This document shows positions 50,456 through 63,212 of a DNA stretch of 64,000 nt, piece after piece (the stretch's first letter is position 1; each line of letters opens with the position of its first letter). Position numbers and translations under genes: made by a program. Source of the DNA: Botryllus schlosseri (taxonomy: Eukaryota); assembly GCA_051294905.1 (NCBI GenBank), contig CM119372.1:16432001-16496000 (forward strand), read 5' to 3'. Under the pieces are notes generated by a model. The model worked only from the letters and a program-made list of their open reading frames with translations, did not search any database and was not told the origin of the DNA.

Positions 50456-53400
50456 CTATACCACTACGTCTTCATCTTCTTCTTCCACAGTAGTGACAGC
50501 GACTGTGATTTGACCGGCGGAGAACCAGTTCTCTCTGGGATTGTCTTCGTCAGTGACCAAATAATCAAGGCTGAAATGGACCTGTAAAACGTAACAGTAG
50601 ACAAATATGAGAGATGTGGAAATCTCTATTAACCGCATGGGTGCGTAAACATTTTTTATACGGGCCAACTACAAAAAAAACTGCCGAGGCCAGGGTTGAC
50701 ATAATCACACGTGATTGCCATGATAAGTATTTGAGGTGTGGATGAACAAAAATTAATAAAACTTATAACATGACATCACGGATTCATTGGGACCCAAGTG
50801 CAAAATTGTGGGATGGCATAAAATGGCCTTTTCCTCGCACTCCCTGGTTATGCCAGTTACTAATATATGCGCATTTTACTAAGGTCTCTCATTTCTACTA
50901 CCAATTGGTATTACACTTTACTAAGCCAACCCTGAAATTGCATAGGATCGGTACTTTCATATCTCGCCGCTCTTACACATGTAGGCCTACTATTGCTACT
51001 GTTGGTCATAGAAACAGAGAAATCCTTAAATTAATTTCGAAGGCTGACTTTGAGGATGCAATTTCAGTGGATAATTCCTCTAACCACTTTTCCATTGACC
51101 GCCATAATCTAATGTTGGAATTGCAAAGTCGAACATATATTAGCTGAAGAGCAGTCATGCGCAGACCGTTTTCAGAACTTTCTGTGGGCTGAGCAAAATT
51201 GACTCGCAGGCTGCGATTGTCCGACGGGTAGTAGTTTTGACACCCTTGAGTTATAGTAGATCACTTACTTCCTTCTGGTCATCGACACCCTGTTCGTTGA
51301 CGAATCCAGTTACAACATGGGTAAGACCGTCATCGGAGCTGGTGATTTCCCATCTGCTGTCAGCACCGGTGATCTAGAGGAATAATTCAGAAGCTGCAGT
51401 AAGCGGCAGACAGAGGGATAGGACCCAACGAACTTACGTTAAATCGAGCTACGGGTGATGGGAGGGTGATGGTCAAAGCGTCACCTTGGTGGTATCCAGG
51501 TCGGTAGAAAACGTTGCTGCTGGCTTCTTTGACTTCATCGTTTTGTGGGAAAGAGTAGACAGACACTGTAGACAGGTGATAATATTAATATTGGTGCTAT
51601 GTATTCGTTTCGAAATATCGCCGTGTTCATGATTATGGGATAGAATAGGCCTAACCGCAATCTTTCAGTTATATTCCAAAGCGACCATGTTGATATTTGT
51701 TGAGATATGTTGTCCAAATTGGTTCACGGCAAAACAGAATTTGGCTGTATTCAGTTCAGGGGTTTGGAGAAGCAGCTAAAACTTGTGAATGTGAGCAACA
51801 TCGAAAATCATTGGGCATGGACACCTACGCTAAACGTGTTCCTATTCGCGAACCATTCACAGTTGCATAATTTCGATCTCAGATGCTATAATCCGCAATT
51901 TGCCGTGGTATTACTTACACTCAGCAACGTCAAGGGGATCACAGCTGAACTCAACATCGGTAGCGTTGAAGAGAGCTCCTCGGCCGCAGTACACAAGAAC
52001 TCTCAAAGTTCCGTTCTCCATTTCCCATCCCGCTGGGGCGGCGACTGTGTATCGCCCTTCCACTGGGTTGGTGCCGTCACCGGTAACAATGTGTCCGTTC
52101 AATACCTAAGGTAAGTAAAATATTATATGAAGTGCGCAGGTAACGGATGAACACCGTTTGTTGTATCTAATTCCCGTATTTTACAGCTTTGATTAACTCC
52201 GATCGTTGCCGCTTTTAGAATTTGTGATGGCATTAATAGACTTTGAACTTGAGCTTGGATGATTCAATTCAATTACTCTTATGGGCTTGCACTGATCTCT
52301 GATGAAAGTAACAGAACCGGTTTTTCATCGGATTAGTTTAGCACTGATCGCAAAGAAGGTAGACCACTATTCCTCTAGTTAAATAGTATATTCATATTGA
52401 AATGAACCCGAATATTTTCGGCTGACACTCGTCAGGGGTAATCGTCAGCAACTAGTAGAGAATTGGAAAGAACATTGTATATCAACAATCGTATCACAAA
52501 ATATGACGTCACCAGCATGAAATTTCGAATGAGAGAGCGTTCAATGTACTATTTTTAGGTGATACACGAACTCCTTTTGTTGACAGAGTTTTGGTTGGTG
52601 TATTTTGATAAAAGTTGATTCCAAGGCACACAAATGGAATTGTGAACGGCCTCGACCTACGATTCGAAATCGGTCGTCTCGATAATTATTCGCACAAATC
52701 GGATTATCCAACAGATGTTTGCCGATGGCAGAATTAATTGCCTTTGATCGATCCGCATCAATCTTAAGTGGATGAGTTAAGGGTGAGCTTTTCACATCGC
52801 GTGACGCACGTGTTCTGATAAATCTGGGGACATGTTGGTTTATGCGGTCCTGCAGACGTCTTGACGTTCTTCCCACGTAGCCACAATCACAGTGGCACCT
52901 ATATTCGTACACTACATTACTTTGTTGAAGTGCAGGAAGCACGTCTTTGCGTGTTGAAGGGAGCAGTTGTGTTGTTGTAAAAATCACATTGGTTTTGACT
53001 GTATCGTAACATTTACCGACAGCAGAAATCAATTGTTTTTCAAAGCGGGTGGAAATGGGGCCAATCCAAGGTAGATGGATATAAACATCTTTTATTGTTC
53101 GTGCGGTGGGCTCTGTTCGTTTTTCTGCGTTGAATTGCGTTAATTTCCTCTCCATGCCGCGGCTGATGACGTGTTCAGGGTAACCGTTATCAAGTAAGAT
53201 TTTTCGGATGTGGTCAAGTTCTAAACTCAGTTTGTTACCCGAACATATCATCAACGCTCTATGCACGAGTGTGCCTATGAGGTTAATTTTTCTGCGCCGA
53301 GGACTAAATGAATTCCAGCGAAGGTATTGGCCTGTGAATGTCGGTTTTCTGAAAACAGACGTTTCAAATTTGTTGGTATTGCGCTTTTCAACTAATACGT

Positions 53401-54254
53401 CCAGAAATGATAATGAGTTATTGCGTTCTTTTTCTATTGTGAATTGCAAGGCCGGGTGAAGCGAGTTTAAGCGAATGAGAAATTGGTCACACTCCGATTC
53501 ATTCCTGAAAATGACAAATGTATCATCTACGTATCGGCGGTACAATAGTGGTTTGGCGGACTCACGCTGGGACAGAAGCTCGCCCTCGTAATACCCTACG
53601 AAAATGTTGGCCAAAATAGGTCCCAGGGGACTTCCCATGGCTAAGCCGTCTATTTGACGAGTGTCAGCCGAAAATATTCGGGTTCATTTCAATATGAATA
53701 TACTATTTAATTGTATATTGAAGTTCTGTACCTCCAAGAAGCTATTCCTCTAGTGTCAAATACTTTGCGAAATTCAAAGCCTTTTACAACATATTTCTCC
53801 ATGATGGGAATGAATCATGACTCATGATACTAGATACCTTTTTCTAATTTTACTTCCTCTCTTTTCTCACAAATTCAACTGAAACCACTCTACTCACATG
53901 GAAAAGAACAGCGGGTTCTGGGAGATTAAAATAGCAGCTTCCTTCTTCGACATTGCTGTACACGAATCCAGCCAAGAATCCACCATTAGTGTCCTCGTTT
54001 TCGGGCCATTTTTCCTCTCCAACAACTGAAAACAAGGTACTCAATCTTCGTATGATGTATAACAATATGCGGAGGGAGGTTAAAATAGCCTAAATTCGAT
54101 GTGGATTATTTCGCTGACTAGCCTATAATATATATATATAGGAAGAAAAATTCACGAAATAGGAACATATCCGATGCTTACCTGGAGAATCCAGATCTAC
54201 ATCTTCCTGGGCGTATGCAAAAGCAAACAGGGCTAAGAGAACAATGTACTTCAT
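50456..54254 (-). CDS. Secreted acidic 248-aa protein, copy B. Coding exons 54254-54182, 54025-53898, 52105-51919, 51565-51438, 51373-51269, 50581-50456
   Basis: Same exon lengths (73,128,187,128,105,126) and splice sites as copy A; open frame; about 10 aa differences counted by hand. Confidence 0.93.
52380..53741 (-). mobile_element. 5'-truncated Penelope-like retroelement (RT C-terminal half + GIY-YIG endonuclease) with inverted pLTR fragment
   Basis: Uninterrupted ORF 53638-52541 with (GLA)MGSPLGP, RYVDDTF, FLDVLV and NVVYEYRC.C...YVGRT.R.L..RI.QH; 56-bp inverted repeat 52379-52434/53655-53710; TSD ctattcctctagt (52367-52379, 53742-53754); empty site in copy A. Confidence 0.95.
52406..52439 (-). 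ncRNA. Minimal type I hammerhead ribozyme in the Penelope pLTR
   Basis: Minus strand accc-CUGACGA-G-ugucagc-C-GAAA-AUAU-UC-gggu: complete core, stem I accc/gggu, 1-bp stem II, palindromic AAUAUU stem III, UUC cleavage triplet. Confidence 0.82.
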
Positions 54255-54542
54255 CTTTATATCTGAAAGCAATGAACCTGATAAATGATTTGAGCAGTAT
54301 TCTAAATCGATAGCAGTAAAACTGAATAGCCGATATCAATTAGTACTCCATTTGCCATTTACTCCTGAAAGTAGGCTACAGGCTATATAGCGTATTAGAT
54401 GCAGAACCAGTAATTCTCATGACATATAAATCCGATCTGTACTTCGCAATTCATCATAGAATTCAATTTACCTGTAATTATGACTTTTTCCTAAGGATCC
54501 AAAGATAAGCTCCGAACTGTATTTTTCAATACTCGGCCTGAC

Positions 54543-54602
54543 CTGTGCTTCTTGTGGAAGAGGAATCTGTGAGAAGACAGATCTGCGATCGCCGTATTTA
54601 TA
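54543..54602 (-). promoter_or_regulatory. Putative TATA box and non-coding first exon of copy B
   Basis: Minus strand tataaat at 54596-54602 and a conserved cag|gtcagg donor. Confidence 0.58.
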
Positions 54603-55100
54603 CGTAACGTAAGAAGGCCCACAACTTTTTCAAAGGAAAACCAAAAAATCTTGTATTCTCTCTGTTACGAGATCTTGTCTCCAGCGAGCACGCCATTTAG
54701 GCATGTAGCTGCCGTTGCCTTCGGGGCAAGACTGGAGATAAGCCTATAATAAAAACTTTGTCCGTGTAAAGGAATCTGTGATCTATTAAGGTTTCCTCTC
54801 ACTACGAAACCGGTTGCGTATTGCTTCATTGTGGTTTACGGACTGGTAAGTGTCGGCCCGACGTTGGACAAACCTGTAAATCTGCATCCCTTCACCCGCG
54901 GATTGACGCTTATTACTGGCTCCCACTATGTACGCAAAATTTGAGTATCAAGAAATCGAGTAATCATGGAACAAGATTTCATCACATTGAACCATTTTGA
55001 TGTGAATGATAAGGATATTTCAAATCTTTAAACCACTTATGCCTCGTGAACGACGTCCGAGGGTGTATTTTATAGCCGAGGACATCTCCATTGCATACAG

Positions 55101-56282
55101 CAGGGGTCGCCAACTCAAAATTGGTCGCGGGCCACTTTTCCAAATTCCTAGAGGCCGCGGGCCGCATGACATCAATAACGAGATAAAAGTAGGCAACGCA
55201 GTTCAACAACCACGTCTGATAACTCTATGTTAATACAATGCTGTGGTCTCTAACATGGGCGACGGTTATAGTCACCACAAAAGAAATAATATTTTATCGA
55301 ACAAACACAAATTAAACAAAAAGTATCATGATCATCAATTTCATTATATTTTGAACTATGAGCTGTACACAATACCTGACAACACTCTGTAGCCGCTAAA
55401 ACAGGGGTGGCCAACATTTTGGCTATTTACGGCCGCATTTCGATTACCCATGTAGCCTGCGGCCGCATACCGGTGGTTAGTCGTGATAAACTAGCTGGGC
55501 CAAATACCCTCGTTAAACTGTCCATGTCCATTGCCGGTACACTCCGAACTAATCTATTTACGCATATCGGCTTGCTATGCGCACCGAAATCGTTAGTAGT
55601 TATGTTTTAAAGCGCCACCAGAAAGCGTTCTGTAATCGCGCCAGGCGCGAAAAATTTTTCATGCTCATGAGTGAATTTCGTTAATAAATATTAGTACAGT
55701 TTCACATATTACTATAAAATATTTATCTTTTCTCGTCCAATATGATCAGATTCACCGATAGAGCTGATCCAGGATGTATCTTCGAAAACTTAGGGTAGTT
55801 AATAAAAGTGTCGAGTGTCGACAGCCGCATAATTTCCCTTCTACTGCGGCGGATTGGCCACCCCTGGATTAAATAATCAATATTGGGGTTAGCTAGACAC
55901 GGTAGGCCTACTTGCTAGGCAACTATCTCCTCGTAAAGCATGGTCTTTTGAGGAGCCCGAAGTCGTATTTCCGGCGTCTCGGTCTTGGCAGGGGTGAGCC
56001 ATTGCACGTCAAGGCAATGTGCCCATTCGTACAAGCAAATTCTTCATCCACGGAATGACATTACCATGCCAAAGCCGTATCAACTAGTCAGGGATAGTGA
56101 TATTGGGCACAGTAAAATTATTTTGAACAACAACAACATGATGTTTCAACTGAAATCAATTTCAGCGTTTCAGAATGATTTACTAAGCGTTTTTCTGAAA
56201 TTTTTTCAAATCAGGTGGCGGGCCGCAAAATAGGACCTTGCGGGCCGCATGCGGCCCGCGGGCCGCGTGTTGGTGACCCCTG
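55101..56282. mobile_element. hAT-type MITE (caggggtcgccaac) with nested caggggtggccaa element (~55402-55866)
   Basis: TIR caggggtcgccaac/gttggtgacccctg; perfect TSD gcatacag. Confidence 0.92.
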
Positions 56283-58407
56283 GCATACAGCATGATATTT
56301 TGTCTTAATATTGAACAAGCGTCTGTACCAAACTTTTACATACCAGCGATATCCCCTTATGGATGGTATGTTTTATTTTGCCTTGAGAGGCCTATACGGC
56401 ATGACACGTTGTCTCTTTGTTCGCCAAATGGGCACGGCCTACACAAACGACTCAAATAAAATGTACGTATGGTGCGTATTATCGGTTGTTGTGCGACGTG
56501 CGTGTTGTGCGCAGGTTATTTTTCGTATAGGCTACTTTAACTGCATGTAACGCCCAATGGTGCACAGTACAGACTTTACCTCCATACGATTTCTCGTGTT
56601 CATTCTTGACCTGATCAATCACAAACGTGTACCAAATCTTCTAGGGTCCCCTGCAAGTGTGTAAAATATATAAAATGATATTCGATATGATATCAGCAGT
56701 TACCCAGGTCATACGGTCAACGGTGAAGCTGCCGTAGTGGATAGATGAAATAGACGTGTCTGATCACTTCATCAGATTAACGAATAATTCATCCTAGAAC
56801 TGAAATCATAAATAGGTCTACATTATTAAATACGATTGCAGCGGAATATCCTGCCCCTGCATATTCATTTTCGGGTTTGTGTCCGAGAATCAAGAGAGAT
56901 TTTCTAGTAACAGCTGTGTTAAGGTAAAATGTCTACGATTGTGATGTGAAAATGAACGTGGACGATGTGGTTATCAGAATAGGTAAATGGTAGTACTGGC
57001 CTTCTCGAGGTGAGAAAGTTGAACTACGAGGTGCGGAGAAAATAGAACGGTGTAAAGTCAGACCTAAATATGTTTGATGATTTAATGATGAAATTTGCGA
57101 TTATTAATCATTGGCAATTTACCATCCACTCTAATTCCTTAATCGCATTTGAATTACGCAGCCGATATGGTGGGCTAACATAACCAACTCCCGAGCGCAA
57201 CATTAAACTATATTCCATTTGGTATCACCAAAAATTGTTTCTCGCAAGATGTTGTTGTGTAAAATAATGTGAATAAAGCAAGATTGCCCAAGGCATCATC
57301 TATTCGAAAAGTTGTGGAACGGGCTCAGCGCTGAGGCCTCAACACAATGATGCGTGATGCAATCCGTCTACTTGTTCAATGGTCATTTACGTATCGCATA
57401 TCAATGTCAAAGCAATAGGCCTTTTACGTGTAACCCCGCAACATTGTTTATTCATATCTGGTCAATAAATTATTGAGCTGGCAGTTTAATCTGTTAATTA
57501 GTCACAAAGCATAATTGATATCAAGTATGGTAATCTGGAATTAATGTTGTGCAATGTTGATGATTGCTAGCATTTCTGTTTCATTGGGATCAGTCAAGAA
57601 ACAATATGGATCAGACTCGCAACGTATCCGTATCCAACGGTAACATAACATAACATAACATGGTTGGGTTGTATTTTTATTTGAACAAGGCACACTCAAT
57701 GTACAATGCGATAAGACACAATGCGATGTCATGAACAGATAGGAGGATGTAGAACGACACGCATCAGTAGCGATCCTTTACTCTAACATCCACCTCGGCC
57801 TAGAGTGCCCGATGTCACAGTTCTTTTTCGATGTTGATCTCTTTGAAGCCGCGGCCCTTTCTACTAGTTCTTTTCCATTCATTGTGAGTGCTTTCTTTCG
57901 TCGGGTCTTTTACTACTCAAGGAAACTGCATTAATGAAATAAAACTCTGTTGAAGCAAGCTGCAAGTGTATGCAGCAATTGTCTGAACAAGTCAAACCTA
58001 CTTCAACTAGAAACGGAAATGTTTAGAACGATTGAAGTAGCTTTAGGATGATGCATTTCAGACCTTAAGTTGTCGATAGTTCACGATAGTTTTCAACACT
58101 TCGCGAAGCATCCGTTCCGCGACTATCACAGAAACACTGATGGGGGGTGTAACGTAATCAAAACTTCCGTGGCACATTCCGTGGTCGCGATTCATATTCA
58201 GTATTGATCATGATCGATTTTCCTAATCATTTCATTCACGAAACATATGGTGCACTATTTGAATAATGGGTGAAATGTTGAAAAAGTGGATTTTCTTGTA
58301 GAAGTTGAAGTAGCTTAGAATTGCTTGAGTAAATTGTGTTATTAGGTACAGTAACTCGAGCAACGTATAATCGCAAGATGTTTCTGTTCGTTCGAATTCC
58401 AACTAGT

Positions 58408-58423
58408 CGCTCTCTCTCTATCG

Positions 58424-58456
<33 letters not shown>

Positions 58457-58470
58457 GCACTCTCTCTTCC
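58408..58470. repeat. (CT)n microsatellite
   Basis: Directly visible. Confidence 0.95.
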
Positions 58471-59189
58471 ATTCTGCCTGTCATAGAATTGTCAAATATC
58501 CATTCACACGATAGCAGACTTCTCGATAATATAACGGAAGAAATAATTTATAAAAATACTAGTACAACAAAAAGTTATGTCTTGACATTAAGTTTACTTC
58601 CTTCCCTCCACCACTAAACCAACAATTAAGACATCGCCACATCAGAAATAAGTTCAGCCGTCACATTAACTGAATATGTAATAAATAATTCAATTCATGT
58701 ACGCTACTATCGTGTCTATTGTGTTGTATTTACCATTGTATCATTCTAACTACCGGTTACGTTATATATATTTTTAATTAAAATAAAAATTCCTAATTTT
58801 TGATAAGGTTGAGAAAATAGGGGCCTCGGCTTAAACGTTGGGTACCCCTGCCGTAGCAGAACATGTGAATGCCACGTTTCCAGTGATGGCCTGGCTCTAC
58901 TATTGGTTTGCACTATGCTGGCGGCAAAGTTTATAGGTAGGCTAAGACCATGGTATTGTATTCCATTTCGTACCCCGCAGTCTGTATACAGTACTAGGAC
59001 TGATACAGCAACCGTAACGTATGGTGGCACAACGAACGATAACAATGCGTTGATATTAGTAACTTCGTGATAAGTGATAAGTGCTAATTTCGCATTACCT
59101 AGTTTTGTATTTTGTCATCGTTGTGGATCTAGCGGTATTGATACAAGGGAGAAAATGACCCTTACAACTCCACTTTAAAAAAGAACACG

Positions 59190-59725
59190 CCGACTCCAGA
59201 ATTCCTTCCTAAGCGTTGGAGGTTTATCAAAGCTCCTCCTCGTCATGACATCCGCACAAGCTGTGTCTTAAAAAGCATAGAAGTGGGTCGTGCTACAAGT
59301 CCGCAGTTACCGAATCAAAAATAAGGCATATCGGCCTGGTGCAAATGACCAGTATAGTCGACAAACACCAGGAATAGCCTACCACAAACAACAACAACGC
59401 CGACCCAATATACTGGCACTGTTGAGGGTTAATTACTATACTCGTGGTGCGGCGAGGTAGCGTAGTGGTAGCCTACAATCCACAGCTGCAACCCCAATGG
59501 GTTTCGGGTTAGAGTCCGACTCCACAATTCCTAGATAAGTGTCGGAGGTTTATCTAGGCTCCTCGTCGCCATGTGATCCGTGTAAGTAAGCGGTGTCTTA
59601 TAAGCGCCTAGACGTGGGTCGTGCTACAATTCGGTAAATAGGGAATCAAAATAATGAATATCGGCCTGCATGGTGTTAAATGACCGATGTAGTCGAAACA
59701 CCATGAATATCAAACAAACTAACTA
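59190..59725 (+). mobile_element. Two adjacent copies of SINE family 2 (headless 59190-59400; full 59449-59725)
   Basis: The full copy has an A-box (tagcgtagtgg), a degenerate B-box, a caaacaaactaact tail and TSD acta(t/c)actcgtggt. Confidence 0.85.
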
Positions 59726-60780
59726 ACTACACTCGTGGTAGAATTACATCAGTCCCTGTTGGACAACACTAGACTAGACAACACTAGACTGGTACAACAC
59801 TAGACCAGACAACGTGTCGCTACCGGCACACTCAAATATAGTAGCGACGGGCGCGACGAATACATGGTAGAGCCTGATGATAAACTCCCAGGTATGCTAT
59901 CCTATGATGACCACGAAGCCGAGCAGGAGCCGCACAACCTCCGCAGCTGCAACGCAATTCCAATTGCCGCGGTAGAAAACCGTGAAGTACAATGACCTTG
60001 AAAATCATGCCGATAAAATGAACCAATCTGTAACAGCAGTTACCTTCAACGAGACGAATTTTGAAAGTGGGCAATGAGCACTCTTGGCGAAGGCGCATCA
60101 CGAAACGAACTGCTGAACTAGCGACGCAGACCAATTCTACATCAAGCCACAACACGTAGTCAAACATACAGTTTTATTCGAGCATGTGTCAGGCAACAAC
60201 AATCCCAGCGCTACAAACATACAATAACCGTCGATCAAATACGACTTCAACTTGTGTATTGCTTCTACGAATAAATAAATGCAACATAATGCGACGCGTA
60301 ATAGTGGCGGGAGTACCAAAATAAAAACAAGTTACGGGCTCAAGAACTCAACGCACAAATAGGTCACAAAATACTCAGCTCTAAACATCAACGCAACAAA
60401 CTACTTATATCATCAATCCGTTGTATTATTGCACTATCTAGTAACAGGCACTGCTTCAAACGATTAGTTCACTTACATCGGTGTCGGTACACGTGTATCC
60501 AATCAAAACACTGTTGTGATAGACTAAGAAGATCATGAGTGTGTAAAGAGAAGAGGGCTTCATTATATATACGCGCAATATTTTCGAAAACACACTATGC
60601 AAATGGGTCTCAAGCGACTCGCGTACGAAGCTCAAAATAGATCTGAAATTTAACATAATTCCGCTACAGAAATAGATTTGTCAAGACATAAATATCGACT
60701 GTCCGCGTGCTTGTGTGAACACACCGTCTTTCGTGTGGCGTCAAGGTAGACCAGTCGAGGATCCTACCATCTTTTCCATT

Positions 60781-63212
60781 TCATAGTTCGATCTGGCAAG
60801 AAGACAACAACACATTTACGGACTGCCGGCCGCTAAACGTTTGAACGTATGAAAGTCACCTTTTGCTTCGATGTATCTTCTTTGGCTCTATTCTCGTACG
60901 GTTTTAATAATCTGTCGACTTCGTTAACGATTTCTTGCGGGTCCTAAACATCGCAATAATTACACACGCGGCACTTTGTAGTATGCACACAACGTAGACG
61001 TAGCCAGGATGAACATTTGGGTAACGTGAAAGGAATGACAAAAAAAGGCTGTTGCCAAGTACTCACTTGAGACTGGATGACGTGTTTCGTAGACTTTTTC
61101 TGTCCGGCTTTGGTAGGCGGATAAAACCGAACGCTGGGGTAGGCGTTCACGCCCGCGACCCTGCATATCGACGGGTACGCCTGGCAATCCAGTTTTCCGC
61201 ATTTCACTTTTCCCTTGAGTTTCTGTCAAGGACAAGACGCGTTGTAAGAACCAACGTACGGTCGTCGACGATTCGAACTCGCCAGTCTACGCGCGTCGAA
61301 TTCAAGACAAAACACGACACTGTTTTCAATTGATTTTTATCGCTTGGATACGCTAGGAGACGATACCTTTTTTCTGGCTACGAATTTGGAGAGGTGGCTT
61401 TCATTCTAAATTCGAATTGGGAAACGAAATGAAAGGCCAATGTTGAAATTACAAACTACATTGTCATGTACAAAATATGTCCTTATGGACTCACCACAGG
61501 TCACAAGGGAAAGTGACGGCCTTTTTCATCCATTAAGTAGCATTTATTCGACCAGATGGCGAAAAAGATTAAATAGGGGTTCGCGCAACCACCCAAAATA
61601 AGTAGGGGTTCACGCTAAAAAAAAATTCAAGAACCACAGATCTAGACTGTGATCTAGATGAGGAGCCCCGATAAAATCTTCCAGACTCGAAAAGGAATTC
61701 TGAAGTAGACCAACGACCCATTGGCGTTGTTCTAGTCCCGGAATGAATGACTACGCTGCTCGCCACCTGAGTGATTCATCCACTCGTCTATACTTCCGTT
61801 ATTAACGATCAACGATCAGCGAAATTAAATGCTATACGCCTGATGCGATTAGGTGGTTACACAACTTCAATTAGAGTTGACATTTGTTAGTCATCGTAAC
61901 AACAAAACAACGGGTGCCTCACCAAGGATGTCATCGCAAATTTCGGTGCGAACGCGTGGCAGTGGCCGCACCAAGGCGCGAAGAAATCAATCAACCACGG
62001 CTCCTCGTCTTCCAGGTATCCGTTCTTAAAGTCCTTCGACGTGAGCTCCACGACTTCAGTTTTGGCATATCTGCAAACAAGCGATAGAAACTTTCATATA
62101 AACGCGATGACGCATCCGAAAATTATCGCCAGGTACGATAAAACCGCAGCGTTTAATTGTATTTTTCGAGCACCCTCGAAACTAATCTTAGAAGTGGGAT
62201 TAAAAAAACATACGGGAGTATGATTCGGTTCCAAACACAGCTTCGCGTAATCACCTAGCGAAAGCACGGGTAAATCACGCCGATAATCAAGCGGACGAGA
62301 TCAACGCGAAATGTCAATGATTACTCATCGCACAGCAACACTAAGGTCAATTAATAAGCATTTCCAAGCCGATTACAGGTCGTCAGCTCAAGCAACCTTA
62401 TCCGATAGTACCATGTCACACATACACACACGCGCGGACGCGTTATCCAAATCAGCAGAATTTACTTTCAAACCCGCATAGTATAGTGGCTCAGCTAGTC
62501 CCGCAAGTCGCCTGGCGCATTTGCTTACTAACACATGCCGGTAGGAGTTCAAACCACGAATTATCATCACGACTGTATTATGAGCAAACAACAGCGATCG
62601 AAGGAGTAAAGAAAAGAACGGAAACGCGGTACGAAAACATTTCGCATATCCTCAAGGTCGATAGCATATAATCCGGGTGTAGTAAAATTTAACGCGAGAA
62701 CACGCGACTCGCCTAAAGGCCGCTGACAAAACGCGTCATACGTTCTCGATACAACGGTGAGAACACGCGACAATACGCTCGCTATCTATATGCCTGCGAG
62801 TGTAATTCGTTTGCGGTAGTAAGTACGATACATTATGATTATGTTCCTAGTCGCAGCAGTGATTCCGCGGATCGTGAAAAAACGGCATTACAACGCAGTG
62901 TTGTCGACTAAAGGAGTCCGTACGTTTTCAATGTAATTGCAGCGACTATCTGCCTATCAATAAACGCATCTCCGCAACGCAAGTACTGGCCGAGTTCGTC
63001 GGAACAACTTACTTCATCGCCCATTCCGCCAGCTTAAACGCTCGCCGATCCCAGCCACGAAACACCTCGTACAGCGGGTTGTGCGATTCTCGTTTCCTAG
63101 GCGGAAAAAGTCGAATTTCCGGATAGGAATCGACCGCGTGAATCCGGCAGAATTCGCTGTGGCCCGGTTTCGCGCAGTCCACAGCGCCGACTTTGATGAT
63201 TCCCCCGAGAGT
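60781..63212 (-). CDS. DNAJC10: DNAJC10/ERdj5 3' part (5' exons outside window). Exons 63212-63013, 62070-61923, 61222-61067, 60943-60860, 60792-60781
   Basis: Spliced in frame: TLGGIIKVGAVDC...YPEIRLFPP...GWDRRA; WLIDFFAPWCGHCHAFAPKF; KLKGKVKCGKLDCQAYPSICRVAGVNAYPSVRFY. These match the last two thioredoxin domains of ERdj5; ends ...KQKIEL*. Confidence 0.92.

Larger units (their letters stand above)
39910..56310 (+). repeat. Segmental duplication copy B
   Basis: See copy A; ~41700-48870 has no collinear counterpart in copy A. Confidence 0.9.

Noticed and set aside
57815..57915. Minus-strand peptide ending EKEL* as an alternative DNAJC10 last exon
   Set aside because: An in-frame TAA follows the nearest acceptor, and a good terminal exon already exists at 60781-60792.
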